Below the pieces are notes generated by a model, which did not search any database, was not told the DNA's origin, and saw nothing but the letters and a program-made list of their open reading frames with translations. A DNA stretch of 63,741 bases, the filler included, from Octopus bimaculoides (Eukaryota): assembly GCF_001194135.2 (NCBI RefSeq). It is 6 parts of 6 records of this genome, joined end to end, with 100 filler letters (N's around TTAATTAATTAA, not from the genome) between each part and the next. Parts side by side here need not be neighbours in the genome. Positions count along the whole stretch, not along the records: positions 62,574 to 63,741 come from NC_069004.1; 5 more parts are not named here. One strand, 5' to 3'. The translations under genes were made by a program, and so were the position numbers. Below, one piece after another: positions 62,574 to 63,741 of this stretch (positions are counted from its first letter, which is position 1; each line of letters begins with the position of its first letter).

Positions 62574-63741
62574 CGCAGGGAACGACAATTTACTCACCGC
62601 ACTTGCAGGGAACGTCAATTTACTCTCCGCAAAAGCAGGAACGACAATTTACTCTCCGCACACGCAAAGAACGACATTTTACTCTAGGCACTCGCAGAAA
62701 ACGACAATTTACTCTCCGCACTCGAAGAAAACGACAATTTCCTTTCCGCACTCGCACGGAACGACGATTTACGCCTCTCCCTCGCAGGGAACGACAGTTT
62801 ACTCTCTGCAATCGCAGGCAGCGACGATTTACTCACCGCACTTGCAGGGTACGACGATTTACTCTCCGCACACGCAGAGAATGACAATTTATTCTGCGCA
62901 GACGCAGGAACGACAATTTACTCTCCGCACTCGCAGAAAACGACAATTTACTCTACGCACCCGCAGAAAACGACAATTTACTGTCCGCACTCGCACGGAA
63001 CGACGATTTACGCCTCTCCCTCGCAGGGAACGACAATTTACTCTCCGCAATCGCACGCAACGACGATTTACTCACCGCACTTACAGGGAACGACGATTTA
63101 CTCTCCGCACACGCAGAGAGCGACAATTTACTCTCCGGACACGCAGGAACGACAATTTACTGTCCGCACACGCAAAGAACGACAATTTACACTCCGCACT
63201 CGCAGGGAACGACAATTTACTCTCCGCACACGCAGAGAACGATAATTTAGTCTCCGCACTCGCAGAAAACGACAATTTACTCTCCGAACTCGTAGGGAAC
63301 GACAATTTACTCTCCGCACTCGCAGGGAACGACGATTTACGCCTCTCCCTCGCAGGGAACGACCATTTACTCATCTCAAACGCAGTGTACGACGATTTAC
63401 GCCTCTCAAACACAGGGAACGACGATTTACTCCTCTCAAACGCAGGGAACGACGATTTACTCCCCGCACACGCAGGGAACGACAATGTACTTCCCGCACT
63501 CGCAGGGAACGCACATTTACTCTCCGCACTCGCAGGGAACGACGATTTACGACTCTCCCACGAAGGGAACGACGATTTACGCTCCTAACCCTCAGGGAAC
63601 GACGATTTATCCCTCTCAATCGCAGGGAACGACGATTTACTCCCCGCACTCGCAGGAAACGACGATTTACTCTCCTCACTCGCAGGGAACGAAGATTTAC
63701 TCCTCTCAATCGCAGGGAACGACAATTTACTCACCGCACTT
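62574..63741. repeat. GC-richer 30-bp tandem repeat (minisatellite/satellite), about 39 units, runs off the window
   Basis: Consensus CGCAGGGAACGACAATTTACTCTCCGCACT; occasional 29-bp units; diagnostic variants recur at 239/269 bp. Confidence 0.97.

Noticed and set aside
62574-63741. 30-bp repeats as a CRISPR array
   Set aside because: Head-to-tail monomers with no unique spacers, no cas genes, eukaryotic DNA.

Overview
AT-rich, microsatellite-dense eukaryotic DNA from a gapped draft assembly. The SINE families, R4/Dong and RTE LINEs and simple-repeat load suggest a coleoid cephalopod, probably Octopus (inference, not verified). There are no prokaryotic features and no CRISPR. Five 100-bp spacers (44 N + TTAATTAATTAA + 44 N) are artificial joins that split the window into six blocks whose adjacency is not guaranteed. 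Two spliced host genes can be reconstructed by hand, both on block 37127-58771 and convergent. The first is the last four exons of a clan-3 (CYP3A-like) cytochrome P450 on + (37667-42040; ExxR, PERF and FGGGPRICLG heme motifs, canonical GT-AG, consistent phases). The second is three internal exons of a DEG/ENaC/ASIC-superfamily channel on - (58747-54755); its TM1 and 3' (thumb/TM2) exons are not visible. The rest is mobile-element debris: R4/Dong-type LINEs at (TAA)n repeats, RTE, CR1 and Penelope-like fragments, an ORF1-only L1/Tx1-like element, Tc1/mariner/pogo elements and MITEs, a hAT relic, a possible Helentron-type element, many tRNA-derived SINEs and a terminal 30-bp satellite with 8-9-mer higher-order structure. 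The most interesting observations are the ORF1-only LINE with a candidate TSD, a short internally deleted Dong (SIDE-like) element, an RTE with twin-priming-like inversion plus locally templated filler, several fold-back structures, and the satellite HOR. Almost all ORFs in the supplied track are microsatellite, gap or TE artefacts.
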